From Candidatus Longimicrobiales bacterium M2_2A_002 (GTDB lineage Bacteria > Gemmatimonadota > Gemmatimonadetes > Longimicrobiales > RSA9), in assembly GCA_051418035.1 (NCBI GenBank), contig JBPRGE010000058.1, positions 11,135 to 75,134 on the forward strand: a stretch of DNA of 64,000 nucleotides, in the 5' to 3' direction. The stretch's first letter is position 1. Each line of letters starts with the position of its first letter. Position numbers and translations under genes: made by a program. The notes beneath the pieces were generated by a model that worked only from the letters and a program-made list of their open reading frames with translations, did not search any database and had not been told where the DNA came from. Positions 36,444 through 45,417 of the stretch are shown in pieces.

Positions 36444-37364
36444 TCAGACGCTGAAGCGGTACCCCACCATCTTGTAGGCCAGCTTCGCCACCAGGAAGTC
36501 CGGTGCGTGGAGCCCGGGGATCGGCGCGAGCTCCACGATATCGGCGGCGTGCACGGTCTTCTCGGTGAAGACCCGCCGCAGCAGCTTCAGCACCGGGTAC
36601 CACTGGAGCCCACCCGGCTCCGGCGTCCCCGTCGCCGGGACCAGCGCCGGGTCCAGCCCATCGACATCGAACGTGATATAGACGTCCGGCCCCAGTCGCT
36701 CCACCACCTCATCGATCCACGACTCCGAGTCGTGGATGTCATCGGCGTAGAAGACGTGGAGGTGGTCGCGCTCCCGGACCAGCGCCGCCTCCTCGGAGGT
36801 CAGCGCCCGGATCCCGGTGGCCACCAGCGCATCGACACGGTCGTGGACGCGGTGCATGACCGAGGCATGGCTGTCGGGCGTGCCCTCGTACTCCGCCCGG
36901 AGGTCGGTGTGCGCGTCGATCTGGAGCACGCTCAGACCGCGCCCCTCCGCGTCCAGCCGGTCCAGCCACGCCAGGATCGGCGGGCCCGAGATGCTGTGCT
37001 CACCACCCAGCATCAGGACGAACCGGTCCCCCGCGGCGTCCAGCACCCTGTCGTACGCCGCCCGGAGCTCCGCCATGGCCGCACCGGCTCCCGCGCCGGT
37101 GAGCTGGAGCTGCGGCAGCGTCGCGATCCCCGACGTCCACGGCTCGCCGTCCAGCTCCTGGTCGTACAGCTCGATGTAGCGCGATGCCTCCAGGATCGCG
37201 CCCGGACCCGCCGCCGTCCCGCCGCCATAGCTCGTGGTGGACTCGTACGGCACCGGCAGGACCACCGTTCGGGCCCGGTCGAAGTCGCTCCCCTCCTCGT
37301 CGAGCCCGAGGAAGGTGTGCGGCAGCTCCCACGACAGATCCTGCAACGACTCCGGCAGCCTCAT
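36444..37364 (-). CDS. speB: agmatinase (arginase/ureohydrolase family)
   Basis: ORF 36444..37439. I prefer ATG 37364 (GGGGGAG upstream) over GTG 37439. Motifs GGEHSIS, IDAHTDLR, FDVDGLDP, ELAP. Confidence 0.85.
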   Translation of the reverse strand: MRLPESLQDLSWELPHTFLGLDEEGSDFDRARTVVLPVPYESTTSYGGGTAAGPGAILEASRYIELYDQELDGEPWTSGIATLPQLQLTGAGAGAAMAELRAAYDRVLDAAGDRFVLMLGGEHSISGPPILAWLDRLDAEGRGLSVLQIDAHTDLRAEYEGTPDSHASVMHRVHDRVDALVATGIRALTSEEAALVRERDHLHVFYADDIHDSESWIDEVVERLGPDVYITFDVDGLDPALVPATGTPEPGGLQWYPVLKLLRRVFTEKTVHAADIVELAPIPGLHAPDFLVAKLAYKMVGYRFSV

Positions 37365-37473
37365 GGCTCCCCCATCCGCTGGCTCCGATGACGCGAGGGG
37401 ACCCCGTCCCGGGGCCCCCTCGTCTCGCTGGTTCGGCACGTCGTTCGCGACCCGACCGCTCAGGCGACGCGGC

Positions 37474-38040
37474 TCAGCCGCAGAACACGGCGCTCGCCAC
37501 CGTCGTCACCCAGTGCCCGTTCTCCGGGCCCGTGGCCGCCGCAGCGAAGTTCTGCGTGTTCACGATCTTGCCGCCCAGCTTCCACTGCTCCTTGCGCGCA
37601 TCCCACGCCTCGTCCGGGTCGAACTCCTCGCCCAGCACCGTGGCGAGCATCGAGGCCGCCAGGTCCTCCGAGTAGTCACCGGCCTGTTCTGCCGTACGGC
37701 CGTTCATGTGGACCTCGGAGATGTATCCGTAGTGGTCCCGGTCGTTCGGCAGCGCCAGGCCGATGGACGACGCGATCCGACGGCCCGGCTCGTTCGTCGC
37801 CATCTCGGCCAGCACGGTGAAGAGGATCTGGCCCGGCCGGAGCAGCTCGAGGCCCTCCTCCCGCTCGATGATCTCGCACCGCGGCGGGAAGATGCTCGAC
37901 ACCCGGACCAGGTTGTAGCTCGCGATCCCCGCGTCCCGAAGCGCCTCCTCGAAACTGGTCAGCTTCTCCTTCGCGACGCCCACACCGGTGGTCATGAACG
38001 CCTTGGACGGAACGAACTGCTGTGTCTGCAGTGGTGACAT
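37474..38040 (-). CDS. pdaD: pyruvoyl-dependent arginine decarboxylase
   Basis: ORF 37474..38109 with the start moved to ATG 38040 (MSPLQTQQFVP). YNLVRVSSIFPP holds the expected Ser-Ser self-cleavage site near residue 48/49. Confidence 0.8.
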   Translation of the reverse strand: MSPLQTQQFVPSKAFMTTGVGVAKEKLTSFEEALRDAGIASYNLVRVSSIFPPRCEIIEREEGLELLRPGQILFTVLAEMATNEPGRRIASSIGLALPNDRDHYGYISEVHMNGRTAEQAGDYSEDLAASMLATVLGEEFDPDEAWDARKEQWKLGGKIVNTQNFAAAATGPENGHWVTTVASAVFCG

Positions 38041-38154
38041 CTCGGTGTGACTCTCGTCGGAGGTTCCGGTATCGAAACGAGAAAGTAACCCGGTCATCGA
38101 GCGACGCAAGAACCGGACAGGACCACACCCCGCCCGTCCTCCGGTCGCGCTCCG

Positions 38155-38634
38155 TCAGACCGTCTCGATCGGACAGGTCAGACCCTGCCACTCCACCTCG
38201 TGGCCGGCCTTCTGACAGCTCGCGCACAGCCCGAAGATCTCGAGTCGGTACCGCGATGGGACGAAGCCTTCCTCCCGGGCGACCCGATCCTGGATCCGCT
38301 TCAGCTCGGCCTCCTGGATCTCCGTCACCCTGCCGCACTCCTCGCAGATCAGGTGCCCGTGCACCGGCTGCTGGCCGAACAGGTGCTCATAACGCTTGAA
38401 CCCCTCGCCGAAATCCCGCTCCGCCACCAGCCCGCTCTTCACCAGCATCTCCAGCGTGCGGTAGACCGTCGCCTTCCCGGTCTTCTCACCCCGATCCCGC
38501 AGCTTCGACTCGATCTCCTCCACCGACAGGTGGTCCTCCGAGTCGAATACGACCTCGGCCACCGCCTCACGCTGCTGCGTGACCGGCAGTCCCTGCTCCC
38601 GCAGGTAGCGTCGGAAGAGATGGACGTAGCTCAT
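38155..38634 (-). CDS. fur: Fur-family metalloregulator
   Basis: ORF 38155..38664 (TTG start) with the start moved to ATG 38634. HTH region ATVYRTLEMLVKSGL. Metal sites HGHLICEECG...CASC. Confidence 0.85.
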   Translation of the reverse strand: MSYVHLFRRYLREQGLPVTQQREAVAEVVFDSEDHLSVEEIESKLRDRGEKTGKATVYRTLEMLVKSGLVAERDFGEGFKRYEHLFGQQPVHGHLICEECGRVTEIQEAELKRIQDRVAREEGFVPSRYRLEIFGLCASCQKAGHEVEWQGLTCPIETV

Positions 38635-38662
38635 ATGACCCCGTGGTGGAAACCTTTTCGAC

Positions 38663-38682
38663 AATGATTATTGATAAATGAT
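38663..38682. promoter_or_regulatory. Fur-box-like triple hexamer AATGATtATTGATaAATGAT
   Basis: This is the only strongly AT-rich patch in the neighbourhood (ttttcgacaatgattattgataaatgatc). It lies 29-48 bp upstream of the fur ATG. The 6+1 periodicity fits the GATAAT-hexamer Fur model. Confidence 0.6.
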
Positions 38683-38776
38683 CCGCCGGCCGACCGCAAT
38701 CCGCGCACCTGCGGAGTCGGGTGTGGTACACCGGCGCGGCGCCCGCGTGCCCGCCGGGAGCGCGGGGATCGGCTGC

Positions 38777-39346
38777 TCAGGGCCGGATCCGTCGGTCCCG
38801 CTGCCGCTCTTCCAGGAACGCCTCGGCCAGCTCGTGGAGCGTCTCGTCCCACTGCCGTTCCCGTCCTTCGATCCGGATGGAGCGCGGGGCCCCGGTCGGC
38901 CCCTCCTTGATCCGCTCGACGACCTCCTCCACGAGGCGCCCGACCCGATCGGCGGGGGCGGTCCCGTACTCGTCGACGGCGAGTCGGTGCTGGTCGCTGT
39001 CGTCGAGGGCGGTGTAGTGGGCCGCGTAGACGCGGCGCCGGTCGTTCCCTGTTTCGGTGAAGGCGGCCACGACCACGACGGCCGTCTCGCCCGTCTCGAT
39101 GCGGCGTGGCGGGAAGATCCAGACGTGGTCGATGCGATCGGGCGTGATGTCGTCGGCGAGGGTGCGGAGCAGTGCGAAGAGGGGAGCGTCGGGGAGGTCG
39201 TCGTCCTCGCCGGTCTTCTGCCCCTCGTCGTCGGCGGGGCGCGCCGCGAAGGGGTCGAACGGCGGATCCTCGGCCTCGTCCGCGCCCGCCTCCTCCTCCC
39301 GGTGCTCGGAGAGGAGCGCCTCGAGCCGGTCGCCGGCGTCGCTCAT
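38777..39346 (-). CDS. hypothetical protein (acidic N-terminus)
   Basis: 189 aa with high GC3. The start overlaps the nrnA stop by 4 bp. Confidence 0.6.
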   Translation of the reverse strand: MSDAGDRLEALLSEHREEEAGADEAEDPPFDPFAARPADDEGQKTGEDDDLPDAPLFALLRTLADDITPDRIDHVWIFPPRRIETGETAVVVVAAFTETGNDRRRVYAAHYTALDDSDQHRLAVDEYGTAPADRVGRLVEEVVERIKEGPTGAPRSIRIEGRERQWDETLHELAEAFLEERQRDRRIRP

Positions 39347-40392
39347 GCCCGTCCCCCGTTCTGATGTCCGCGCACCCTCTGTCGGACCGCGTCGAGCACC
39401 CGCGGGATCACCTCGTCGGGCGGGCCCCCGACCACGGCACCGGCCGCCTTGGCGTGCCCGCCTCCGCCGAACTCCCGCGCGATGGCGTTCACGTCGACAT
39501 CGCCGTTGGACCGGAGCGAGATCTTGGTGGCCCCGTCCTTCGTCTGACGGAAGAGGACCGCGACCTCGGTCCCCTCGACGTTCCGGGCGTACTGGACCAC
39601 CCCGTCCAGGTCATCGGCCGTCGCGCCCATCTCGTGGGTGACCCGGGTGGGCACCCGGATCCACGTGATCGGCAGCTCCGGGTCGGTGTCGAGCCCTTCG
39701 AGGGCGAGCCGGAGCATCCGGACCCGTTCGAGAGAGATGGTGGCGTGGAGCCGGCGGTAGACGGTCTCCGGGTCGACGCCCCGGCGGATCAGCTCCGCGG
39801 CCATGGCGTGGGTCCGGGGCGTGGTGTTCGAGAAGCGGAACGAGCCGGTATCGGTCTCGATGGCGGCGTACAGCCCCTGGACCATGGCGTCGGTCCATGC
39901 TTCGACGCCGGCCCGGGCGAAGAGGTCGAAGACGAGCTCGCCCGTGGCGCACGCCGTCGGATCGCGCAGCCCGGGCCCGGGGATCCCGCCCTCCGACGGC
40001 GGGTGGTGGTCCAGTACGGCCACCGCGTCCTCGCGGATCAGCCGGGCCACCCGGCCGATCCGGCCGGGCTCGCCCGTGTCCACGACCAGCAGCAGATCGA
40101 CGTCCCGGACACGGCTGTCCATCGCCGAGCCGGCCTCCGGGAGCTCGATCCCGTCGGGGAGCATGTACCGGAACTGGTCGGGGAACGGCGTGGGGTTGGC
40201 GATCACGACGCTCTTCCCCTGGCCGCGGAGCCAGTCGCCCAGCGCGACCTCGGAGCCCGCGCCATCGCCGTCGGCGTTGACGTGGGTCGTCAGTGCGACG
40301 GAGTCCGCGGCCTCGAGACGTCGCAGGAGCTCGTCGAGGGGTTCTCGCCGGTGGTCCGGCACGGCCAGGAAATCGATCGTGGAGTAGCTCAC
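39343..40392 (-). CDS. nrnA: DHH/DHHA1 phosphoesterase (NrnA-like oligoribonuclease / pAp phosphatase)
   Basis: Motifs HVNADGDG, VVDTGE, LDHHPP, GGGGHAKAAG. GTG start. Confidence 0.8.
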   Translation of the reverse strand: MSYSTIDFLAVPDHRREPLDELLRRLEAADSVALTTHVNADGDGAGSEVALGDWLRGQGKSVVIANPTPFPDQFRYMLPDGIELPEAGSAMDSRVRDVDLLLVVDTGEPGRIGRVARLIREDAVAVLDHHPPSEGGIPGPGLRDPTACATGELVFDLFARAGVEAWTDAMVQGLYAAIETDTGSFRFSNTTPRTHAMAAELIRRGVDPETVYRRLHATISLERVRMLRLALEGLDTDPELPITWIRVPTRVTHEMGATADDLDGVVQYARNVEGTEVAVLFRQTKDGATKISLRSNGDVDVNAIAREFGGGGHAKAAGAVVGGPPDEVIPRVLDAVRQRVRGHQNGGRA

Positions 40393-40441
40393 GCCCGCAA
40401 GGGTATCGGGAGGGTGCGGCCCGGGGCAAGCCTGGCAAGCC

Positions 40442-41701
40442 TCACGGCCAGAGCTTGGCCAGCGTGCTGGCCACGTGCACGAGCACCGAGGCTTCCGACC
40501 CGTGGATCGTGCCCTGCTCCAGCGCCGTCCGGAACGACGACGGCGTGTTGTCGAACGCCGGCAGCTCGACCCACGCGTTCCCGATCTCGCCCAGGGTGTG
40601 GGCGTCCGAGCCCGCGCCGACCGGGAGGTCCCGCTCCCGCGCCCACGTCCGGGCCCGGTCGTTCAGGGCCGGCGTGTGGATCCGGGCATTGAACCCCTCC
40701 ACGATATCGACCAGGTCCTCGATCTCGTCCAGGATCGCGCCGCCCCCGCCCTTCCCACCGGCGAAGGGGTGCGGCACGTAGACCAGCCCACCCTGCTGCC
40801 GGATCCGCTCGCACGTCTCCCGGGCGGGGGTCCCCTTCGGGATCCACTCGTGGAGGTAGAGCCCGATGACATCCACGCCCTCGGCCGTCTTCACCTCCTC
40901 GCCGGGGATGATCCGGTCGGGATAGCGCTCGGCGAGGTCCAGCGCGGCCCGGATCTCGTCGTGGTCGGTGATGCAGATCCGGTGGAGCCCCCGATCGGTG
41001 GCCCGCGCCACCACGGCCTCGGGATCGCTGAGGCAGTCGAAGGAGCTGCGGGTGTGGATGTGCATGTCGACCCGGACGCTCCCGGCCGCGCTCTCCTCCC
41101 GCGCACCGGCCCGCTGCCGGATCTGCTGCCAGACCGCCCGGGCCCGGGCCCGGAGCTCGTCCAGCGTCCCGTCGTTCCCGATGACGACGTCCGCCCGTCC
41201 CCGCTTCGCCGACGCGGCCATCTGGGCGTCGATCATGGACCGGGCCTCGTCCGCCGACAGCCCCCGGTCCCGGACGAGCCGCTCCCGGCGCGTCTCCCGG
41301 GGCGCGTCGACCAGCACGATCATGTCGAACTCGTCCTCGAGGCCGACCTCGAAGAGGAGCGGGATGTCGTGGACCACGATCCCGGCGCCGCGCTCGGCCA
41401 GCCGGGCCTCCTCCCGCTCGCGCAGCCGGGCGACCTCGGGGTGGATGATCGACTCGAGCGTCTCCCGGGCCTCGGGATCGTCGAAGACCTTCCGGCGCAT
41501 GGCGGCCCGATCGAGGGTGTCGCCGTCCATGACCTCGTCGCCGAAGGTCTGCCGGACCCGCTCGAGTCCCGGCGAGCCCGGCTCCACCGCCTCCCGGGCC
41601 AGGACATCGGCGTCCACCACGTGGGCGCCGAGCCCCTCCCAGGTGCGAGCGACCGAGGACTTGCCGCTCGCGACGTTTCCCGTGAGACCGACCCGGAACA
41701 C
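40442..41701 (-). CDS. coaE: fusion protein: dephospho-CoA kinase (CoaE) + TrpH-like PHP phosphoesterase domain
   Basis: Single 419-aa ORF. The N-terminal ~200 aa carry the P-loop GLTGNVASGKS, IIHPEV and VHDIPLLFE. The C-terminal ~210 aa carry VDMHIHTRSSFDC, ICITDHD, VYVPHPF and GAGSDAHT. Confidence 0.8.
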   Translation of the reverse strand: MFRVGLTGNVASGKSSVARTWEGLGAHVVDADVLAREAVEPGSPGLERVRQTFGDEVMDGDTLDRAAMRRKVFDDPEARETLESIIHPEVARLREREEARLAERGAGIVVHDIPLLFEVGLEDEFDMIVLVDAPRETRRERLVRDRGLSADEARSMIDAQMAASAKRGRADVVIGNDGTLDELRARARAVWQQIRQRAGAREESAAGSVRVDMHIHTRSSFDCLSDPEAVVARATDRGLHRICITDHDEIRAALDLAERYPDRIIPGEEVKTAEGVDVIGLYLHEWIPKGTPARETCERIRQQGGLVYVPHPFAGGKGGGGAILDEIEDLVDIVEGFNARIHTPALNDRARTWARERDLPVGAGSDAHTLGEIGNAWVELPAFDNTPSSFRTALEQGTIHGSEASVLVHVASTLAKLWP

Positions 41702-41706
41702 GGCCG

Positions 41707-42144
41707 TCAGCGTCTCATGTAGGCGGGCTCCCTGTACCGGATCTTCTCGACCAGGTCGTCCTCGGTGTCGTACTGGAGGTCCGGTCCGGCAGAGACGATG
41801 GCCAGGCTGTCCCGCGCGGGCAGGATGATGTAGGGCGTGCCCCAGGCGTCGAGACCGTCCTCACCCTCGACCTCCCGCTGCATGTACGCCCGGAAATCGT
41901 CCGGCTGGGGACGGAGGTACCCCATGTTCCGGTCCTGGATCAGCTCGCGCACCGCCTTCCCTATCTCCGACTCCGACTTGAGCCGCCGGTACGGATTCAC
42001 GATCGGCGAGAGCGGGCCGTGCAGCGCTTCCGAGAAGGACTCGCCCGCCCGGTCCAGCACCGGGTCCACGCGCACCCGCAGCTGCGGCACGGTCATGACG
42101 ATCAGCGCGATGACCAGGATGCCCAGCACTATCTTGGTCTTCAT
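41707..42144 (-). CDS. membrane-anchored protein with GspG-like (pseudopilin) C-terminal motif
   Basis: N-terminal TM MKTKIVLGILVIALIVMTV. DAWGTPYIILPARDSLAIVSAGPDLQYDTEDD resembles the T2SS-G fold motif. The family call is tentative. Confidence 0.6.
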   Translation of the reverse strand: MKTKIVLGILVIALIVMTVPQLRVRVDPVLDRAGESFSEALHGPLSPIVNPYRRLKSESEIGKAVRELIQDRNMGYLRPQPDDFRAYMQREVEGEDGLDAWGTPYIILPARDSLAIVSAGPDLQYDTEDDLVEKIRYREPAYMRR

Positions 42145-42416
42145 CGCCGCACCCCTTCCTCTCGCGTACGGTACATTCGGTTGGCCCAGCGGATGTAGCG
42201 ATCCAGCTCGTCGACGGTGGGCGCCCGGCCGTCATCGCCGTACGCCGTATGCATCCGCCACTCCAGGTAGCGGCGGGGCGGGATCGGCAGGAACGGCGGA
42301 TGCCGCCACCAGCCCCGCGCCCGGAACCTCCACGCCGCCCGGATCAGGGAGCCCAGCAGCCGGGGACGGCGGAGCGCCCGGCCGGCGATTCCCAGCATGG
42401 TCCTCGAAGTCGGCAT
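42141..42416 (-). CDS. small basic hypothetical protein
   Basis: 91 aa, W/R-rich (PPFLPIPPRRYLEWRMHTAYG). ATGA overlap with the downstream gene. Confidence 0.5.
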   Translation of the reverse strand: MPTSRTMLGIAGRALRRPRLLGSLIRAAWRFRARGWWRHPPFLPIPPRRYLEWRMHTAYGDDGRAPTVDELDRYIRWANRMYRTREEGVRR

Positions 42417-42574
42417 TGCGGATCGTCGGTTTCTGAGCGCCTCGGGCTCTCGGCCCCCGGGAAAGATACCCGATCCCGGGGGAAGGTGCGAGAATTGCGC
42501 CCGACACTCCCCGGTGGCGTGCGGAGCGCGACCGTTTGTACCTTATCGGGCCTGTACCCTCAACCCGGACGACT

Positions 42575-44737
42575 ATGGCGACGAAGGAACCCAGGACGAG
42601 CAGCGAGGCCGACGTGCAGGAGGACGAGACCACGTCGGAGAACGGCCGCCCGGCCCATGGCCTGGATCGGGACACCCTCGTGGACTTCTACCGGAAGATG
42701 TTCACCGCCCGGCGTACGGACGACAAGGAGATCGGGCTCAAGCGGCAGAACAAGATCTTCTTCCAGATCTCCGGCGCCGGTCACGAGGCGATCCAGGTCG
42801 CCATGGCGTACCATCTCCGGCCTTCCAGCGACTGGTTCTACCTCTACTACCGGGACCGGGCGCTCAGCCAGTCGCTGGGGATGACGCCGTACGACCACCT
42901 GCTCCAGGCGGTGGCCGCGGAGTCCGACCCGGCCAGTGGCGGCCGACAGATGCCGTCCCACTGGGGGCGTCGCGACCTGCGGATCGTCAGCACGTCGTCG
43001 CCCACCGGCACGCAGTTCCTCCAGGCCGTCGGGACCGCCGAGGGCGCCTACCGGGCCGGGCTCGTGGAGGCGATGAAGGACGAGATCGAAGCGTTCGACG
43101 ACGACGAGGTCGTCCTGGTGACCAGCGGCGAGGGGCAGACCTCCGAGGGCGAGTTCTGGGAGGCGCTGAACACCGCATCGAACCTGAAGCTGCCCGTCGT
43201 CTTCCTGGTCGAGGACAACGGCTACGCCATCTCCGTTCCGTCCGAGGTCGGGATCAGCGGCGGGAAGGTCAGCCGGCTCGTGTCCGGGGTCCCCGACCTG
43301 CTCATAGAGGAGGTCGACGGCACCGACGTCCTCGCCAGCCTCGAGGCGGCCGAGAAGGTCGTGACGCACGCCCGTGAACGGAAGGGCCCGGCACTGCTCC
43401 ACGCTCACGTGATCCGGCCGTACTCCCACTCCATGTCCGACGACGAGCGGATGTACAAGACGGAGGCGGAACGAGAGGAAGAGGCGAAGCGCGACCCGCT
43501 GGTCACGTTCCGTGCGTACCTCGAGGCCGAGGAGATCGCCACGTCCGGGGAGCTGGACGCCCTGGAGGAGGAGGTCAACGAGCAGCTCAACGACGCCGTG
43601 GACCGGGCGCTGGACGAGAGTCAGCCCGCGCCGGAGACCGCGCTCCGCTGGCTCTACAGCGAGGAGGTCGACCCGACGTCGGACGCGTTCAGCACGGAGC
43701 CGGAGCTCGAGGGCGACGAGACGACGATGGTCGACCTGCTCAACTCCTGCCTGCGGGACGAGATGGAGCGGGACCCGCGCGTCGTCCTCTTCGGGGAGGA
43801 CGTGGCCGATGTCAGCCGCGAGGAGAACCTCGAGGAAGTGAAGGGCAAGGGCGGCGTCTTCAAGGTGACGTGGGGGCTCCAGCGGAAGTTCGGCGGCCAC
43901 CGGGTCTTCAACTCGCCGCTGGCCGAGGCCAATATCGTGGGCCGCGCCATCGGGATGGCGCTCCGGGGGCTGAAGCCGGTGGTCGAGATCCAGTTCTTCG
44001 ACTACATCTGGCCCGCGTTCATGCAGCTGCGGAACGAGCTCGCCACGATGCGCTACCGCAGCGGCGGGACGTGGAGCGCGCCGGTAGTGGTCCGGACCAC
44101 GTACGGCGGCTACCTGAAGGGTGGCGCCATCTACCACAGCCAGACCGGCGAGACGCTCTTCACCCACTCGCCGGGACTGCGGGTGGTCATGCCGTCCAAC
44201 GCGCTGGACGCCGCCGGGCTGCTCCGGACCGCGATCCGGTGCGACGACCCGGTGATCTTCCTCGAGCACAAGCACCTCTACCGCCAGGTCTACAACAAGA
44301 GTCCGTATCCCGGCCCCGAATACATGGTCCCGTTCGGGAAGGCCAGCGTCGTCCGGGAGGGCACGGACCTGACCGTGGTCACGTGCGGCGCCGTGGTGAA
44401 GCGGTCGCTCGACGCCGCGGCCCAGGCCGAGAAGGACGGGATCAGCGTCGAGGTCATCGACCTCCGGAGCCTGAACCCGCTGGACATGGAGACGATCACC
44501 GAGAGCGTCAGGAAGACGAACAAGGTGATCGTCGCCCACGAGGACTCCCTGAGCTGGGGGATCGGCTCCGAGATCAGCGCCCGCATCGCCAGCGACGTCT
44601 TCGAATGGCTCGACGGGCCGGTCAAGCGGGTGGCGAGCCTCGACACGTGGGTGGCGTACAGCCCGCAGCTCGAGGCGGCGATCCTGCCGAACGCGGAGGA
44701 CGTGTTGGCGGCGATCCGGGAGCTGGCCGAGTACTAG
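42575..44737 (+). CDS. 2-oxoacid dehydrogenase E1 component, fused alpha+beta subunits (TPP-dependent)
   Basis: ORF 42536..44737 with the start moved to ATG 42575. Alpha part: [28 protein letters not shown]. Beta part: [37 protein letters not shown]. Confidence 0.9.
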   Translation: MATKEPRTSSEADVQEDETTSENGRPAHGLDRDTLVDFYRKMFTARRTDDKEIGLKRQNKIFFQISGAGHEAIQVAMAYHLRPSSDWFYLYYRDRALSQSLGMTPYDHLLQAVAAESDPASGGRQMPSHWGRRDLRIVSTSSPTGTQFLQAVGTAEGAYRAGLVEAMKDEIEAFDDDEVVLVTSGEGQTSEGEFWEALNTASNLKLPVVFLVEDNGYAISVPSEVGISGGKVSRLVSGVPDLLIEEVDGTDVLASLEAAEKVVTHARERKGPALLHAHVIRPYSHSMSDDERMYKTEAEREEEAKRDPLVTFRAYLEAEEIATSGELDALEEEVNEQLNDAVDRALDESQPAPETALRWLYSEEVDPTSDAFSTEPELEGDETTMVDLLNSCLRDEMERDPRVVLFGEDVADVSREENLEEVKGKGGVFKVTWGLQRKFGGHRVFNSPLAEANIVGRAIGMALRGLKPVVEIQFFDYIWPAFMQLRNELATMRYRSGGTWSAPVVVRTTYGGYLKGGAIYHSQTGETLFTHSPGLRVVMPSNALDAAGLLRTAIRCDDPVIFLEHKHLYRQVYNKSPYPGPEYMVPFGKASVVREGTDLTVVTCGAVVKRSLDAAAQAEKDGISVEVIDLRSLNPLDMETITESVRKTNKVIVAHEDSLSWGIGSEISARIASDVFEWLDGPVKRVASLDTWVAYSPQLEAAILPNAEDVLAAIRELAEY

Positions 44738-44793
44738 GCGGGGCGGCCATCGGAGGGTCGCCCGGGTTTCCGGGGGCGGCGGGCCGCCGGCGT

Positions 44794-44924
44794 GGCGCCT
44801 CGCTACGCTCGGCGCCGGCGCGGCCGTTCGCGTTCCTCGCCGTCGGCTTCGTTCGCGGCACGTTAGGTTCGCGGCGGAGCCGGGTGCGCTCACTTCGTTC
44901 GCGACGGCTCGCTTTGCTCGCCGC
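44794..44924. repeat. left arm of long imperfect inverted repeat
   Basis: Three blocks pair, in nested order, with blocks in the right arm. ggcgcctcgctacgctcggcgc (44794-44815) pairs with 45363-45383. cgcggcacgttaggttcgcggcgg (44854-44877) pairs with 45300-45323. gctcacttcgttcgcgacggctcgctttgctcgccgc (44888-44924) pairs with 45255-45291. Confidence 0.85.
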
Positions 44925-44936
44925 TTGGCTGCCTGC

Positions 44937-45182
44937 TCAGTACTTCCGGTCCAGCCAGCCTCTCCTGCGGGCGCGGGCGAGCCCTTCGAAATAGATGATG
45001 CGGCGGGTCAGAGCGCCGGTGGCCGAGACGAGGAGCTGGCGGAAGCGGGCCTCCTGCTCCGAATCGATCCAGCCTCGCTCGCCGAGCACGACTGCCGTCG
45101 CCCCGGCCTCGGTGGCCGACCGGCGAAGCGCGCGGCCTCCTGTGCACGTTTCCGGTCCTGCGTTCCCGATTTCTCCGTCATG
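44937..45182 (-). pseudogene. degenerate/truncated four-helix-bundle (23S rRNA intervening-sequence protein-like) ORF
   Basis: The frame of ORF 44937..45293 reads ...GRALRRSATEAGATAVVLGERGWIDSEQEARFRQLLVSATGALTRRIIYFEGL... This resembles the C-terminal two helices of that family (IArGSxxE...LGYI...). GC3 is high only in the last ~65 codons. The only nearby ATG (45181, MTEKSG) is in another frame. Confidence 0.4.
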
Positions 45183-45254
45183 GAGCCAAGTTGGGGCCCC
45201 ATCGCCTCCGCAGGGAATGGCAGGGCGCGACAACCTGCGAACGCGATCGGGCGA

Positions 45255-45384
45255 GCGGCGAGTCCAGCGAGCCGCCGCGAACGAAGTGAGCAAAAATCCC
45301 CGCCGCGAACCTAACGTGCCGCGAACCCCGAGCTCCGCGATGAATCAAAACGCCCCCCGCCAGCGCCGAGCGTAGCGAGGCGCT
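45255..45384. repeat. right arm of long imperfect inverted repeat
   Basis: gcggcgagtccagcgagccgccgcgaacgaagtgagc ... ccgccgcgaacctaacgtgccgcg ... gcgccgagcgtagcgaggcgc. The 24-bp middle block and the 16-bp core of the inner block are exact reverse complements of the left arm. Confidence 0.85.
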
Positions 45385-45417
45385 CGCCGCGAGCCCAGCG
45401 AGCCCCTAACGTTCCCC

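Noticed and set aside
38635-38664. The TTG start at 38664 used by the ORF track for the fur gene.
   Set aside because: That start would place the Fur-box-like AT-rich repeat at the very start of the CDS. ATG 38634 gives a normal-length Fur protein with the box in the promoter.
44757-44779. A hairpin right after the E1 stop (cgcccgggtttccgggggcg), considered as a terminator.
   Set aside because: The stem is short and bulged (about 5+2 bp) and has no U-tract. It is too weak to annotate.
44890-45375. Several overlapping 64-129 aa ORFs on both strands in the E1-to-hydrolase intergenic region.
   Set aside because: They run through the inverted-repeat arms and have low-complexity translations. 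Only the last ~65 codons of the 44937..45293 minus frame show a coding-like GC3 and a family resemblance, so I treat that part as a gene remnant.
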